From contig CM069147.1 in NCBI GenBank assembly GCA_035221665.1, positions 20,336,001 through 20,400,000 on the forward strand: a stretch of 64,000 nt of DNA. The letters are read 5' to 3'. The stretch is from Okamejei kenojei. Its lineage: Eukaryota. The notes beneath the pieces were generated by a model. That model did not search any database. It had not been told where the DNA came from and saw nothing but the letters and a program-made list of their open reading frames with translations. The position numbers and the translations under genes are program-made. This document shows positions 12,993 to 26,600 of this stretch, piece after piece (the first letter of the stretch is position 1; every line of letters starts with the position of its first letter).

Positions 12993-14361
12993 ACATTAAA
13001 AACTGTGCCCTCTAGTATTTTCTGACTCCCCCGTCGTCCTGAATGAAAAGTTTTGTGGCTGTTCCACCCTATCTATGCTCGTTGTGATTTTCATATATAA
13101 AAACCTCTAAATGGCCAGATAGGTCCCCTCCAACCGCTCTTGGGAAAAATGATCAAGCCAATCCTCATTGGCTCAAAGCCCCCAGATTCAATAAATACAT
13201 TTATAGCTCTAACTAACCCCAATATTGAATCTTATAGAGAATTGCACATTAATGAATTGTGCCAATTTAGAAAAGTAAAACCAGATTCATACATGTCATT
13301 GTTAAGGGGAAATCAGGCTGATTTCTCAAAAAGTAGCCCCACAATGTCGCGGCCGTCATCATTAATGGCTGTGAATTAACCCTCTAATCTAGTTTTGTCT
13401 AATCATCCACGTTTGTGCAGGTGACAACATTACAAACTAGAAGTCTTGGTTTCCCTGGAGAACAAGTGACCAACAACAGCAATCCCAATTAAGTATATCC
13501 TTTTCAAAAACAATCCCGTCCTGATGCAGAGTTTCAGGCAGAAACGTCGACTATCTGTTTACACCCACAGAACCTGCTCGACCCGCTGAGCTCTCCAGCA
13601 GATATTTGCTTCAGATTTCAGCACCTCCGAACAAGTTCTTCCTGCCTCCTTCACCCATACGTGCTTCTTCTCTCTCCCTCCCCTTCCCAGTTAGCTTTTT
13701 TTCTCTCTCGATCTCCAGCGGTTTTCTCAAGAAAAAATGGGCTAGTGCCAAGAGACGCCCGTTGTCCCTATTCCTGCTATTGTCTCAATCACCAATGCAG
13801 ATCAGCATCCGTATAAAATGAACTATTTCCAACGTTGGGATCTCACTGCATCAACGAATATGCAGTTCTCAGGAAGATCTGTCAGCTATTGTGTTGAGCT
13901 TCACCCAAAAAAAGTGAGATTCACCAAAAAAGAGTCAATCGGAAAGCCAAAAATAAATAAAGAAAGGCAGCGCGGAGCAACCATTTCAATGCTTGCTCCG
14001 CACTTGAAAACACATACAAAAGCAGAGGATTTATTTCTGGTTTCCGAACTAATGGCACTCCCATACGTAGGGATATGGAAGTGACCAAAAAACCTTTGTT
14101 GAAGGTGCGATCTTAACTGATGTCAATTGAACACTTCCTCTGTCCATTCATCTAAATCACAAATCACAGCGAAAAGGATTTCACCTTTCAATATGTTTCA
14201 AATGTTCTTTATTTCCTATTTTCACACCACAGAAAAAAAAAAAAAAAAAAACCTAACAACCTTACTCTTGTTGAGAGACCTCTGCAGTACACTCTTGCCA
14301 AGTGTTTTCTGGAAGTCGCAACAGCAAAATTCACTGAATTTCCAGAATTTTGAATTGTATA

Positions 14362-15975
14362 GTCATAGAGTCATACAGTGGAAACAGGCCTTTTCGGCCC
14401 AACCTGCCCACACAACCGACCAACATGTCCCAACCACACTTCTCCCACCTGTCTGCGTTTGACCCATATCTCTGCGCCCTATCCATGGTACCTGTTTAAA
14501 TGTTTCTTATTACCGACGTTGGGATCTCACTGCATCAACGAATATGCAGTACTCGGGAAGATCTGTCAGCTATTGGGATAGTACCCCCCCTAACCCGCCT
14601 CAAATACTTCCTCCAGCAGCTCTCGTTCCATGTATGCACCCGCCTTTGTGTGAAAAGGTTACCCCTCGGGTTTCTATTAAATCTTTCCCCCCTCACCTTA
14701 AACCTATGTCATTTGGTTCTTGATTCCCCTACTCTGGGTAACAGGCTCTGTTAGCCTATCCAATCTATTCCTCTCATGATTTTGTACAACTCATCCTATT
14801 GTGCAACAAGGAATAGAATCCAAGGCTGCTCAACCTCTCCCTATAGCTCTGGCACTCATGTCCAGGGCAAACATCCTCGTAAATCTTCTCTGCAACCCTT
14901 TCCCTTTTCCCAGCTTGACAACATATTTCCTAAAACAGTGCCCAGAACTGAACACAATACTCCTAAATACGGTCTTACCAATGTCTTATATCACTGCAAC
15001 ATGACCTCACAACGTCCCTATACACAATACTCTGTCTGATTAAGGCATATATGTGCCAAAAAGCCTTTTTTGACCACTCTACCTACCTGTGATGCCACTT
15101 TCAAAGAACTATGTACCTGCACTCTCAGGGAGGCACCATCCTGCACTTATGTAGGTCTTGCCCATGTTAGTCTTGCTATAATGTACCACCCCCGCATTTC
15201 TATTAAATTCCATCAACCATTCTTCAGTTCCACTTGACTAATGATCAAGATCCTACTGTAATTTTTTGATAACCATCTTCACTAACCTATACAAATCCAT
15301 TTTGACTATCGCTAATCATCCCACGTCCCATCTAGAGGAATTTTCTATCCTATCCCTCAGAATAATCTCCAGCAATTACCATCCACGGATGATAAGATCA
15401 TTGGCCTGTAGTTCCCAGCCTTTTCCCTGCCAGCTTCTTGAATGAAGCACAACATTTGCCACCATCCAGTCTTTGGACATCTCGCTTGTATTTAAAAATG
15501 ATGATTCATAAATCTCTGCCAGGGTCCTGCAATTTCCTCTCTAGCTTCCTAGAGTCCCTTGGATATATCTGATCAGGTCTGGGAAAATTTGTCTACCTTC
15601 ATACCCTTCATGATATCCAGCACCTCTTCGACCCGTAATACTGACTGCTCTCAAGATACTTCCAGTGACTGTCCCCAAGTTCCTCAGTTTCTCCTGTCTT
15701 TCTCCATGGCTAAAAAAATAGGAGAAGTATCATTTGAGGACCTTGCCCATCTCACGTGGCTCTACCAGAGTTGACCCTTTGATTCCTTATATGGATCCCT
15801 CACTCTCTGGTTCCCCTTTTGTCCCTTGATGTACTTATTAAAAATCTATTGGGATTATCCTTAATGCTATCTGCCATTGATATTTCCTGTCCCCCTTTTT
15901 GCCCTTCTGATTTTCTTTTTTAGCTTACTCCTTAGTCCCGAAACTCTTCCAGTGATACACTTGATCCCATCAAAC
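14362..15975 (-). mobile_element. Degenerate CR1 LINE (RT region plus 3' end)
   Basis: The paralogous copy 36993-38570 translates as REKAGNYRPMILSSVVGKLLE and LERVQRRFTRMLPG. Confidence 0.85.
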
Positions 15976-16241
15976 CTGACTCTTGATTCTGTCAAAAAAT
16001 ATTATTATCTTGTCGTATCTAGGGGAAGATGTAGATTTGGCTTTTTTTTTCCATTTTCGTTTCATTATCCCATCTGGAAGCGAAGCTTTGTAAACTTGTT
16101 TAATTCAACCCTCTACTGTTTACAGTAATGGCAACATGTTTGATGACAATAAAGCGCTCTGGGACCAAAAGCAGTTTTAAAACACGTGTTTCCCTGTGTT
16201 TCTCTAGTTGTTTTTTTTTGTTAAGCAGCTGATCTCTTCTT

Positions 16242-17751
16242 TTTTTTTTTAAATTTAAAAATATAGATTTTGTTTAATTGGAAACAATGTACAGTAGTAT
16301 AAACCGTGGGTAACATAATACATTTCTTGTAATACTTCTTGTTTTAAACATAATACTAGAAAAGTAACAGAAGTAAGAAAAAGAGGAAAAGGAGAAAGTT
16401 AAGTAAAGTGGTGATATTAATAGTTCGTGAGAGAATAGAGAAAAATAACCCAAAAATATGTGAAGAGAGAGAGAAAAAAAAAGAGAGAAAAAAACCCAAA
16501 AAATATAAATAAAAAATAAGAAAACAAAGCAGAAAAAAAATAAAAAGAAAGAAATGGTCTCCAAATCTGAGGAAGGACATTATTGCCATAGAGGGAGTGC
16601 AGAGAAGGTTCACCAGACTGATTCCTGGGATGTCAGGACTGTCTTATGAAGAAAGACTGGATAGACTCAGTTTATACTCTCTAGAATTTAGGAGATTGAG
16701 AGGGGATCTTATAGAAACTTACAAAATTCTTAAGGGGTTGGACAGGCTAGATGCAGGAAGATTGTTCCCGATGTTGGGGAAGTCCAGGACAAGGGGTCAC
16801 AGCTTAGGGATAAGGGGGAAATCCTTTAAGACCGAGATGAGAAAGACTTTTTTCACACAGAGAGTGGTGAGTCTCTGGAACTCTCTGCCACAGAGGGTAG
16901 TTGAGGCCAGTTCATTGGCTATATTTAAGAGGGAGTTAGATGTGGCCCTTGTGGCTAAGGGGATCAGAGGGTATGGAGAGAAGGCAGGTACGGGATACTG
17001 AGTTGGATGATCAGCCATGATCATATTGAATGGCGGTGCAGGCTCGAAGGGCCGAATGGCCTACTCCTGCACCTAATTTCTATGTCTATGTTTCTATGAA
17101 AGAGGGATATACCTACTTCATAACTTTCCACACCCCTCACCCGGTTGTGAAACAGTTAATTTCCGGGGTTATGTTGCACCATATACTTGTAAGAAGTCGA
17201 TAAAGGGAGACCAAATCTTTAAGAATTGGTCTGGTTTACCTGCTAGGACGAATCTCATATCGTCAAGATGTAACAGTTCAGACAAGCTTGAAATCCACAT
17301 TTTAAGCGTTGGGGTGGGTGGCTTTTTCCAGAATTTGAGTATACGTTTTTTTGCCGTTATCAAACCATAATTATGGAGACAATTTTGGAACGAAGTCAGC
17401 TCAGAGCCGGCTTCTATTACAAAAAATAATCAGTTCTGTATTGGGGACCAATTTTATTTTAAATAATTTTGTGAAATTTTCAAAAATGTCTTTCCAAAAT
17501 GTATGGAGTTTTATGCAGGAGACAAAGGAGTGTGCTACAGTTGCATCATGAGATAAACACTTATCACAGATGTGAGAAACTTTTGGAAACAATTTATTCA
17601 ATTTAGTTTTCGAGTATTATAGTCTATTTTGAATTGAATTAAGGTATGTCTTACGTATTAATCGAACATTTGTGTACATATAGCAAGTATTTATCCCATC
17701 TGTCTTTCGAAATTTTTACAGATAGTTCTTGTTCCCACTCTCTTTTGATTG
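16242..17751 (-). mobile_element. 5'-truncated L1-type LINE with poly(A) end, long flanking duplication and a nested CR1
   Basis: ORF2 C-terminal Cys-rich motif ICDKC..ATVAHSFVSC..LHTFW and AKKRILKFWK..F.KIWSPF; T-run at 16240; flanking direct repeat CTAGTTGTTTTCTTTGTTAAGCAGCTnATCTCTTCTT. Confidence 0.75.
16554..17098 (+). mobile_element. Young CR1 3' fragment nested in the L1 3' UTR
   Basis: Intact 134-aa ORF2 C-terminus (QRRFTRLIPGM...RTRGHS...WNSLP); tail ttctatgtctatgtttctatg. Confidence 0.9.
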
Positions 17752-18729
17752 CACGTTCCCTCGTGTTTATCTAGTTGTTTTCTTTGTTAAGCAGCTCATC
17801 TCTTCTTGCAAGCATATTAACCGACAGATTATTTCTGATTTTTTTCAGCTGGAATTACTTTAGTGTTTCGAAATGCCCCTCTCTTGTAGTAACCGATAAC
17901 ACAGGGGAATGTCAGGATATTTATCCAATTATCAATTTTATAATGATTGCCAATGTAACAATAAGTGGTTAGTCCTTCTGCGTTGCAATAGAAAGATTGG
18001 CACATTTAAAACTTGTTTTGAATCGATATCAAGATAATTGTTTCGTAATTCTTTTTTTCCAGAATGTACACGGCGCGCAATTACCAAACATAAAATTCGC
18101 AGAGCAAATATTTAGGTATCAGAAACAGGGTCTCAAATAAATTACTTAAATTAGACTTCTTCCACTTCAGCGTCAAATTGGATGCCGCGAGCAGTTTGTA
18201 ACTTCAGATCATCGTACTCTTTGACCACAGCGAGTTTCCATGATGTCACCAGCAGATTCAAGGTACATTACTCTTATGGGTTACTTACTTTAACCTCGAG
18301 CTATGAATGTATTTATGGTGGTTCATTGGCTATATCATCTTTTTATAGAGAAGTTGCAAATGTGCGTACTCTGGCTACAGCGAATTACAGACAGAAGCTG
18401 AAGTTTGAAGAAAGGTCTCGACTGGAAACGGCACATACGCATCTGCGACGCTGTCTGATCCGCTGAGTTACTCCAGCACCATGTGTCTTTTTTAAATTTC
18501 CTTCCAGAGGACATACCCTTTCCAATCGCAATGGAACAAGAATCAAAAAAAGACACTTACAAAGGACCAGAATAAATTGAAAAGAAGGCTGACAAGCACG
18601 CACGCACAGATTTAGATAGAGACATGCACACATGTATTTAAACGCATACGTTTTACGGCAATGTTTTCTCAAAAATATACAAAACGCCAACTTTCATTGA
18701 CACACCTTTAAACCATTTAAAGAAAATAC

Positions 18730-20400
18730 GCAGAACGTGCTTTACGGGAAGATAAAGGTCTTGCAAAGTGCGTTTAGGGAGTTCCACAAATGTTTAAAAA
18801 AATGACTTAATGAGTCCTATCTCAGGATTCATGCGTGGGACCTGTATAGGAAACATTGATCGATCTGAACTGGAAGGGAACGAAGATCAGAGAAGAGAGG
18901 ATTACTCAAGCTACTTGGAAGTGTTTAAGCTAACTTGGGAAGGGAGAAGGTCGGTGGAAGCATAGAACCAGTGCAACAACTGGGGTGAAATTTGCGCAGG
19001 ACAAACCAAGCAAGCCCAACGGGCAGAGTAGAGGGTGGCAGGTTCGCAAGCCGAGGAGACTTAGCAGGCTCAACAGCATTTACTTTAATGCAAGGTGTCT
19101 CATTGGCAAGTCAGATGACATTAGAGCATGGGTCAGAACTTGGAATGATGACTTTATTGCAATCACATAACTGTAGGTGAGGGAAGAGGGAAGGACAAGA
19201 CTGGCAACTTAATGTTCCAAGTTATACAACTTTCAGGTGTGAGAGAGGGTACTGAAGAAGAACAGGGGGGTACGTTTGCATTGCATGTTAGGCAGAAAAT
19301 AACTAGCCCGTTGGGAGGATATCCTGGAGGGTTCACCCAATGAGGCCATATGGATAGAATTTGGGAATAAGGGAGGAGCGATCACTTTGCCAGAGTTATG
19401 TGATAGGCTTCCCAGTAGTCAGGAAAAATGAGTGGACCAGCAAGCTGCCAAAGTTTGTTATAGTGGTCATTTTCATAGGCTCAATCTTAACTGGAATGTC
19501 CTGATTGTCAAGGGTTTAGATGGGTAGAAATTTGTTCAGTGTGTAATCTACATTTTGTGAGCCAATATATTATTGGGCCTGTCAGAGATGAGTCAGTACA
19601 ATGCTCGACATTATCTCAGGAAAGCAAACTGGGTAGGTGGCGGAAATGTTGGTGGATTGAGACTTTTTGAACAGTGAAAATTCAGAAATGTTCAAGTTAT
19701 TTATGCAAAGGGATCAGGTTGTTCCTTAAATTCGAGCAAGGCTTGTTTCAATCGCATAACTAGAACTTGACGAATGTAGACTGCGCACAGATGTGTGAGG
19801 TAAAACAACAACTGACAAGTGGAAGTCTTTTAAGGGACAATTAACCAGACTTCAGCTTCAGCAAGTTCTAATTAGCGTGAAAGCAAAGATGGCAAGGCAG
19901 GAGATACCTGTGGCCCAGGCAGAGGTGTCAGTACCTTCATTCTTCATTGGTGACTGTCCAAAAGATGGAAGGATAACTACTACTCTTTCACTTAGGAAGA
20001 GCACCAAAGATAAGCCGGCAATTACAACTGTTGTGCTTTACTTCATTAATGAGGGACATTAATGAGGAAGGTCTTAAGAGATATGATTTATGTACATTTG
20101 ATAATTCAGGTATTTATTAGGGATAGTCGGTAGAGCTTTGTGCGGGGGTAAATCCTGCCTCACTAATTTGATTGATTAGAATTTTATGAGGTGAGAACTA
20201 AACAGTTCATCAAGGCGGGATTGTAGGCATTTTTTTGATGTGAACTTCACTAAAGCATTTGACATGGTTTCACATTGTAGGCTGGTTCAGGAAATTAAGA
20301 CACATTGGACCCAATGTAAGCTGGCTAACAGCATCTGAAATTGGCATGGTGAAAGTAGACAGTTTGTAGTGGCGGAAAGCTACATTTCTGACTGCCTTGG
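18730..20400 (+). mobile_element. Old CR1 LINE remnant (endonuclease to RT)
   Basis: SIYFNARCLIGKSDDIRAWVRTWNDDFIAIT resembles the CR1 APE endonuclease N-terminus; copy at ~41400-43100. Confidence 0.7.
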
Positions 20401-23400
20401 CAATTAATTCCACACAACCATGGCCTTCTGTATGGAAATAAAACTTTCCCTCACTTCTCCTTTAAATTTAACTGGTGTCAACTTAAACAATGCTATTTAA
20501 TTCCAGACTCTCCTGGTGAAGGAAATGACTACCTATTGTCCTATCTATGCTTCTGATAAATATATAAATCTTAATGTGTTCACGCTCAATATCATAAACT
20601 TCAGTGAGAATAATCCAAGTCAACACAATTTCTTCTTCTATCTACTGCTTACCGTTCTCGACATGATCCTTGTGAAACTATTCTGCAAACTCTCTATGGC
20701 TACTATATTTTCCTGTGGTGTGGTGATCAGAACTGTATGTAGTACGCCAAAGGTGATCATAAACAGCACATGCTTACTAACATGTTTCAGTGCTTTATGC
20801 TCCCACTGCCTTCCAGGCAAAACCTATCTGTATTTTATGTTTTTCCTTCCATGTTCTTGTTCATGACATATTACTTACATGGATACATTTAGCTCTAAAA
20901 AATACTCAAGAAACACAACATTATTCAGGATAAAGAAACACTTCTCATTGATACCCATTCACCAACATAAAATGAATAGTCTCCATTACTGTTGCATCAT
21001 AGCTGCAGTGGACCACGTTGATGGAAATATATTGCAATTCCTTCAGCTATTTCCTATCGAGGAGTATTGTCAGGAGATCTTTCACTTGAAGGGGCAATCA
21101 TGGAAGGTGACCTACCAATTTTACACGGTATTTAAAGAATTCCTCAGTTACAGGTGCTTAGTTATGTTGCAGTTGCTCAAGACATTAGTGAGGCCACGTT
21201 TGGAGTATTGTCTTCAGTTTTCATCACCCTATTGTAGGGAATGTTATTGGTGCAGACATGTTTTACGAGGATGTTGTCAGGAGTAGACGGGGGAGGTTGA
21301 GCAGGCTAGGACTTTATTCCTTGGAGTGCAGGAGAATGAGGAGTGATCTTCTACAGATATATGATCATGAGGGGAATAGATAGGGTAAACGTCTACTTTG
21401 TCAAACCTTAAAAATTCCATTAGGCCACCCAATTACATTGGTTATTCATGCAGACAAGCCCAAATCAATGTTTTATTTCTGGATAAGTATTGCCTCATTT
21501 TGTACACTGTACTCCAGTTCAATCCACTTACCTTATTCTTTTCAGCTTTTCAATTCTGTCCGAGTAAAAATGAACGGTGCCATGTTCATGGCCCCGTTAA
21601 TATCTATTCGTAGATTGGTGTATTAATGCTCGCAATAACTAGGCATTATTTGGTATTTATCTTTCCAGGAATGTTGGCATCATCAACGAATCCAGCATTT
21701 ATTGTCCGTTCCCAGTTGCCCTGAGAAGATGGACATTATCCACAGGCTTGAATAACTGCATTTCTTCATGTGAATGAACTGGGAAGGAAGCAATTGGGAA
21801 GGAATGCAATTGGGAAGGAAGCACTCAGATTTATAAGTAAATCTGATGATGAAAAAAACAGCATTTTTTAAAGTTAGGATGGTTGCCAGATCCTGATGCC
21901 ATGCTGCAGTTTAGGTTGGTAGATGGGAAGGTGATCAAGGCTGGTGTTGAACTTCTTCAATGTTTTTGGAGTTGGATTTATCCAGGCAAGTAGGTTAAGC
22001 TTCGGCATGCTCTTAGATTATGAATGGGCTGTCAGGAGGAGAGTCATTTCAAATCACCTGAGCAATTTAAGCATTCTTTAAAGAATACTGCTTCATACCT
22101 ATCTAAATCAAAAACTAATTAGCTATTAAATGGCCATTCTTGTACGTGTATTTAGTTCCTGGATTTTACTTCATTTTACCATTAGATTTAAACAAATCTG
22201 ACATTGCGAACTACAAACAATTTGTTGCATTTGATTATGGCTCATTTATACTTTCAATATCCATCCAATTTCATGTAATTAGCAGTTGAAAACGTCCACA
22301 TCAAGGGATACTATTACAAAAGTGATGTCAATGCATAAAATGGTTAAGTTACAACTTATCTGTTACAAGTCATTAAGTCGTAAATTCAGACAAACTGATA
22401 GAGCATATTTAATAAGGACTCAATATCTATAAAATTGATTCATTGCTCAAAATATATATTCTAAGAATTAATTTCTTACCGATATCATTTTGTGGAAGAA
22501 ATTAAAAATTTAGAATGAGTTAAATTTAGAATGAGTTTGGCATAAAATTAGATCTAATAAACACCAGTGAATAATAGTTTTTACAACCTTTGAACTTTTA
22601 AAATTTTCAAGGCATAACTCTTTCCTGTCAAGATCACAGTTTATTTTTCTAATCTCGTAGTTTATTTCATGCCACATTTGAAGTTTATGTCAGTTTTGCA
22701 TTTATATATCTTTCTGGAAGAAAGGGACTGAAAAAATATACAAATTCAAATGGATGCAAACTAATAGTTACCAGTATCTTTATATCAGATCTAATTTCGC
22801 ATATTCATTATAATTTAATTGAAAACGATTTGACAGGAAATAACTTGCCCAATATATGTTTTGAGCAGTGGATTAAGTTTATAACCTTTGCCTCCTTTGT
22901 GAAATATTCTGCGCTAATTAATTTGGATTCAACATTTGTGGTATCATTTGAATCAGGCAGGCGGGTTGCAGACATCGGAGTCATGGTGACTTAAGTCTTT
23001 AATCACCAGCCTCAGGCATGCTGAGGTGGTGGAATGATGGGAGAGCGCAACATCCAAGTGCTGGAGGCACCGCCCAAATGGAAAAGGTTCACGATGCTAA
23101 ATTGCAGAAAATGGATTTGACAAAGTCTGTAGTACTTCGCTGAAGCCACAAGGTGGAGCCCGCCTCTCATGCAGCGAAAAGAGCCTCTCTATGGCAGATA
23201 GAAGCGATTTTTTTTCTGATGAAGGATGCAGAAGAGCTAGACATCAGTTTGGAATTGGGATCTTGCCTTTCAACAACAACATCGGGAAGCATATTTTTAT
23301 TTAGGTATTTGTAAAACCTGGACTCGTCTCCCTGAACAAAGCTAGAATTACTCGGCCAATTGCAGCTTTTAAGACTGAGACGGTGGTCTGGTTTTGAGTA

Positions 23401-23440
23401 AACAGTGCAATTTTTCAGTATAATACGTTTAGGTTCAGTC

Positions 23441-23585
23441 AGGGGTAGGAGATTGCAACCTTCACGTGGTCCGCCCCGTTTCGACGAATGCAATCAACCT
23501 GGCGTGCACATTCAAATAAGATCACATAGAACAAGTTGTCCTACAACTTTAGGCTGTGCACGCCACACGCCAGAAGAAGAAGAAT
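23441..23585 (+). mobile_element. Short interspersed repeat with (GAA)n tail in the 3' UTR of gene B (copy 46127-46270)
   Basis: Ends in agaagaagaagaa; TTCAGTCAG occurs on both sides (possible TSD). Confidence 0.45.
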
Positions 23586-23607
23586 AAGCAGATTCAGTCA
23601 GTTGTTT

Positions 23608-23617
23608 CTAGCATGAT
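23608..23617 (-). CDS. Gene B terminal coding exon (RSC*)
   Basis: Acceptor gttttgtttctttgacAG; phase 2; TAG at 23608-23610. Confidence 0.65.
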
Positions 23618-26600
23618 CTGTCAAAGAAACAAAACATTTAAAGTTTATATCAACTGAATTATGTGATAAGTTTCTCGACCCCTTACGGTCTTACCTGTTT
23701 CCCATCACATGCTTGGAGGTCTTTCCATGTTCCTCTCTGCTCATTGTTTGCTCTGATGTCTCGACCAATCGGTCAACCTTTACCACGGAGCCTAGACGGG
23801 GAGATCAATTAATTGGGTACTATAGTGCAGATTTGGCGATCGTGAGTTATTTTGAATGTTAACATATTTTCTTACACCACTCATGTTATTATGTGCCGAC
23901 AAGATATCCAACGGGCGCCGATTCCCTATTGCCCATTTTGTGCTCCAGACTAAAATCGATTTGTAGCCTTTGTCTCCAGATGGGTTCAAAGTCAAGGTGA
24001 GTGAATCATTACTAAATTATACTCTGAATAATACCCTGGACGTCAGTTTTGAAGACATTCCCAACGCTTCATCGGACAGGGATCAGCCTCGGCTGGGCTC
24101 CACCCTTCAGAAGTAAAAACAATGGGATGGGGACCAATTCGGGCAGATGCAGGAATTATAACATTCAGCGGAGTCCCGACTGACCACAAACATGAAAGAA
24201 GGAACGGCAATAGTGCCGACAACTTTTACATCAAACGATTGGGAAATAACCAATTTATCCAATATGCATTGGCCCAAGATAAGCAGTTGCACAGAGCTGT
24301 AACTTGAGGAAGGAAACCGCTGCAAGTGGCGACATTTATTTTCCCATTAATATAATCGTTTTATAACAGTTCGATTAGAAGACGGTATTGTTATCCTTGA
24401 TATTAACGATGATGAACAATTTATTTTTCTAAGCTCTTTCAATGCCCTCTTTTGATTTGGGATTTTTACAAGTGAATTTGGAACACTGATGATAGCGGAG
24501 ACTTGACGGAATTGTTCTCCTCTGAGTCTGGGGATGGAGAACTGATATATTTCTGTACCATTTGGGGATCACGATCTTGTTATTAACTGTGTAAATTGTG
24601 GCCAAATAGCATCAATTCACGTAGCGCCATTTGATTCTCCGCAGCGCCATTTTACAGGAAAGTTGAAATTGAACTCTAGAATGAAGCTTGATTCACCTTT
24701 GGCAGAGCTTGATCCAAAAACAATTCGCAAGGTAGCCAACGCCAGTAAAATGATCAATGTACCTCCTACATTGCGAAGGACATGGACAACGCGAGCCGAA
24801 CCTGCAGACGTAAAAAATAATTGAGCGATAAGACAATTATCTCAAGTGAATGAACAAACTATAGAATTTTATTTGTGTAAAGAGCTTTATCAAGTGTCAC
24901 TATATTACAAAAATATCCAAATAAAATAGCAATATTAGGCAAATGGCCACTGTACAAAATAAACGCGAGATCTTGCTTCCAATATGAACAATATTGTTAT
25001 TGCATTAAATGTCAACGAGTGGTACATTTCCAAGTCAAGCTAGTGTGCGATTTGGAAGGCAGCCTGCAGGCCGTGGTGTTCACATGCACCTGCTGCCCGT
25101 GTCCTTGTTTGTGATCCAACCAATCCAGAAATCTATCAATGTCAATCCTCCCTTTTCAAACATCCTCAATGCTTCGAGGTAGTGAATTACGAAGATTCAC
25201 ACATCTGAGTAGAGTCATAGAGTCACAGAATATTACAGTGTGGAAACAGGCCCTTTGGCCCAACTCGCCTACACCGGCCAACAGTTGGCCAGCTACCCTA
25301 GTCCCACTTACCTGTGCTTGGTTCATAACCCTCCAAACCTTTCCTATCCATGTACCTGTCCAACTGTTTCTTAAACGATGGGATAGTCCCAGCCTCAACT
25401 ACCTTCTCTGGCAGCTTGTTCCATACACCCTCCACCCTCTGCGTGAAAATGTTACCCCTCGGATTCTTATTAAATATTTTCACCTTCACCTTGAATTAAT
25501 GTCCTCTGGTCCTCGATTCCCCTACTCTGGGTAGAATCTGTGCATCTAGCCGATCTATTCCACTCATAATTTTGTATACTTCCATAAGATCTCCTCTCAT
25601 CCTCCTACGCTCTATGGAATAGAGACCCAGCCTACTTAATGTCTCCCTATAGTTCACACCCTCTAGTCATGGCAACATCCTCATAAATCTGTTTAAGAAG
25701 GAACTGCAGATGCTGGAAAATCAGAGGTAGACAAATATGCTGGAGAAACTCAGTGGGTGAGGCAGCATCTATGGAGCGAAGGAAATAGGCAACATTTCAG
25801 GCCAAAACCCTTCCTCCTCGTAAATCTTTTCGGAAACCCTTTCAAGATTGACAATATATTTCCTATAACATGGTGCCCAGAACTGAACACAATATTCTAA
25901 ATGTGGTCTCACCAACGTCTTATACAACTGCAACATGACTTCCCAACTTCTATACTCAATACTCTGATGAAGGCCAATGTGGCAAAAGCCTTCTTGACCA
26001 CCTTATCTACCTGCGATTCGACCTTCAAGGAACCATGCACTTGTACTCCTAGATATCTTTGCTTTACAACACTACCCAGAGGCCTACCATTTACTGTTTA
26101 GGTCCTGCCCTTGTTCAACTTCCCAAAATGTAACACCTCACAATTTAATACAAATTCCATCAACCATTCCTCTGCCCACCTGGCCAAGCGATCCAGATCC
26201 TGCTGCAATCGTTTTCAACCTTCTTCACTCTCTGCAAAACCACTAACTTTTGTACCATCAGCAAACTTGCTAATCTTGCCCTGTATGTTCTCATCCAAAT
26301 CATTGATGTAGATAACAAACAGTAACGGGCCCAGCACCGAACCCTATGGCATACCACCAGTCACAGGCCTCCATTCTGAGAAGCAACCTTCCACTATCAA
26401 CCTCTGTTTCCTGCCATGGAGCTAATTTGCTATCCATTCAGCTATCTCTGCTTGGATCCTATGAGATCTAACCTTCCAAAACAGCCAACCATGCGGCACC
26501 TTGTCGAATGCCTTATTAAAACATCTACAGCTCTGCCCTCATCAACCTTTTTGCTCACGGCTTAAAAAAAAAATCAATCAGATTTGTGAGACACGATGTC

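Larger units (their letters stand above)
3600..13250. other. Low-quality consensus (homopolymer inflation typical of an unpolished long read)
   Basis: Colinear with 27830-35910 but with pervasive extra bases in A/T/G/C runs. Confidence 0.85.

Noticed and set aside
23167-23493. 108-aa ORF with Tyr motifs (TVYSKP, FYKYL), repeated at 45853
   Set aside because: It starts inside a repeat and lies after the RSC* stop; identity between copies only reflects the recent duplication, and the gene D homologous region has stops.
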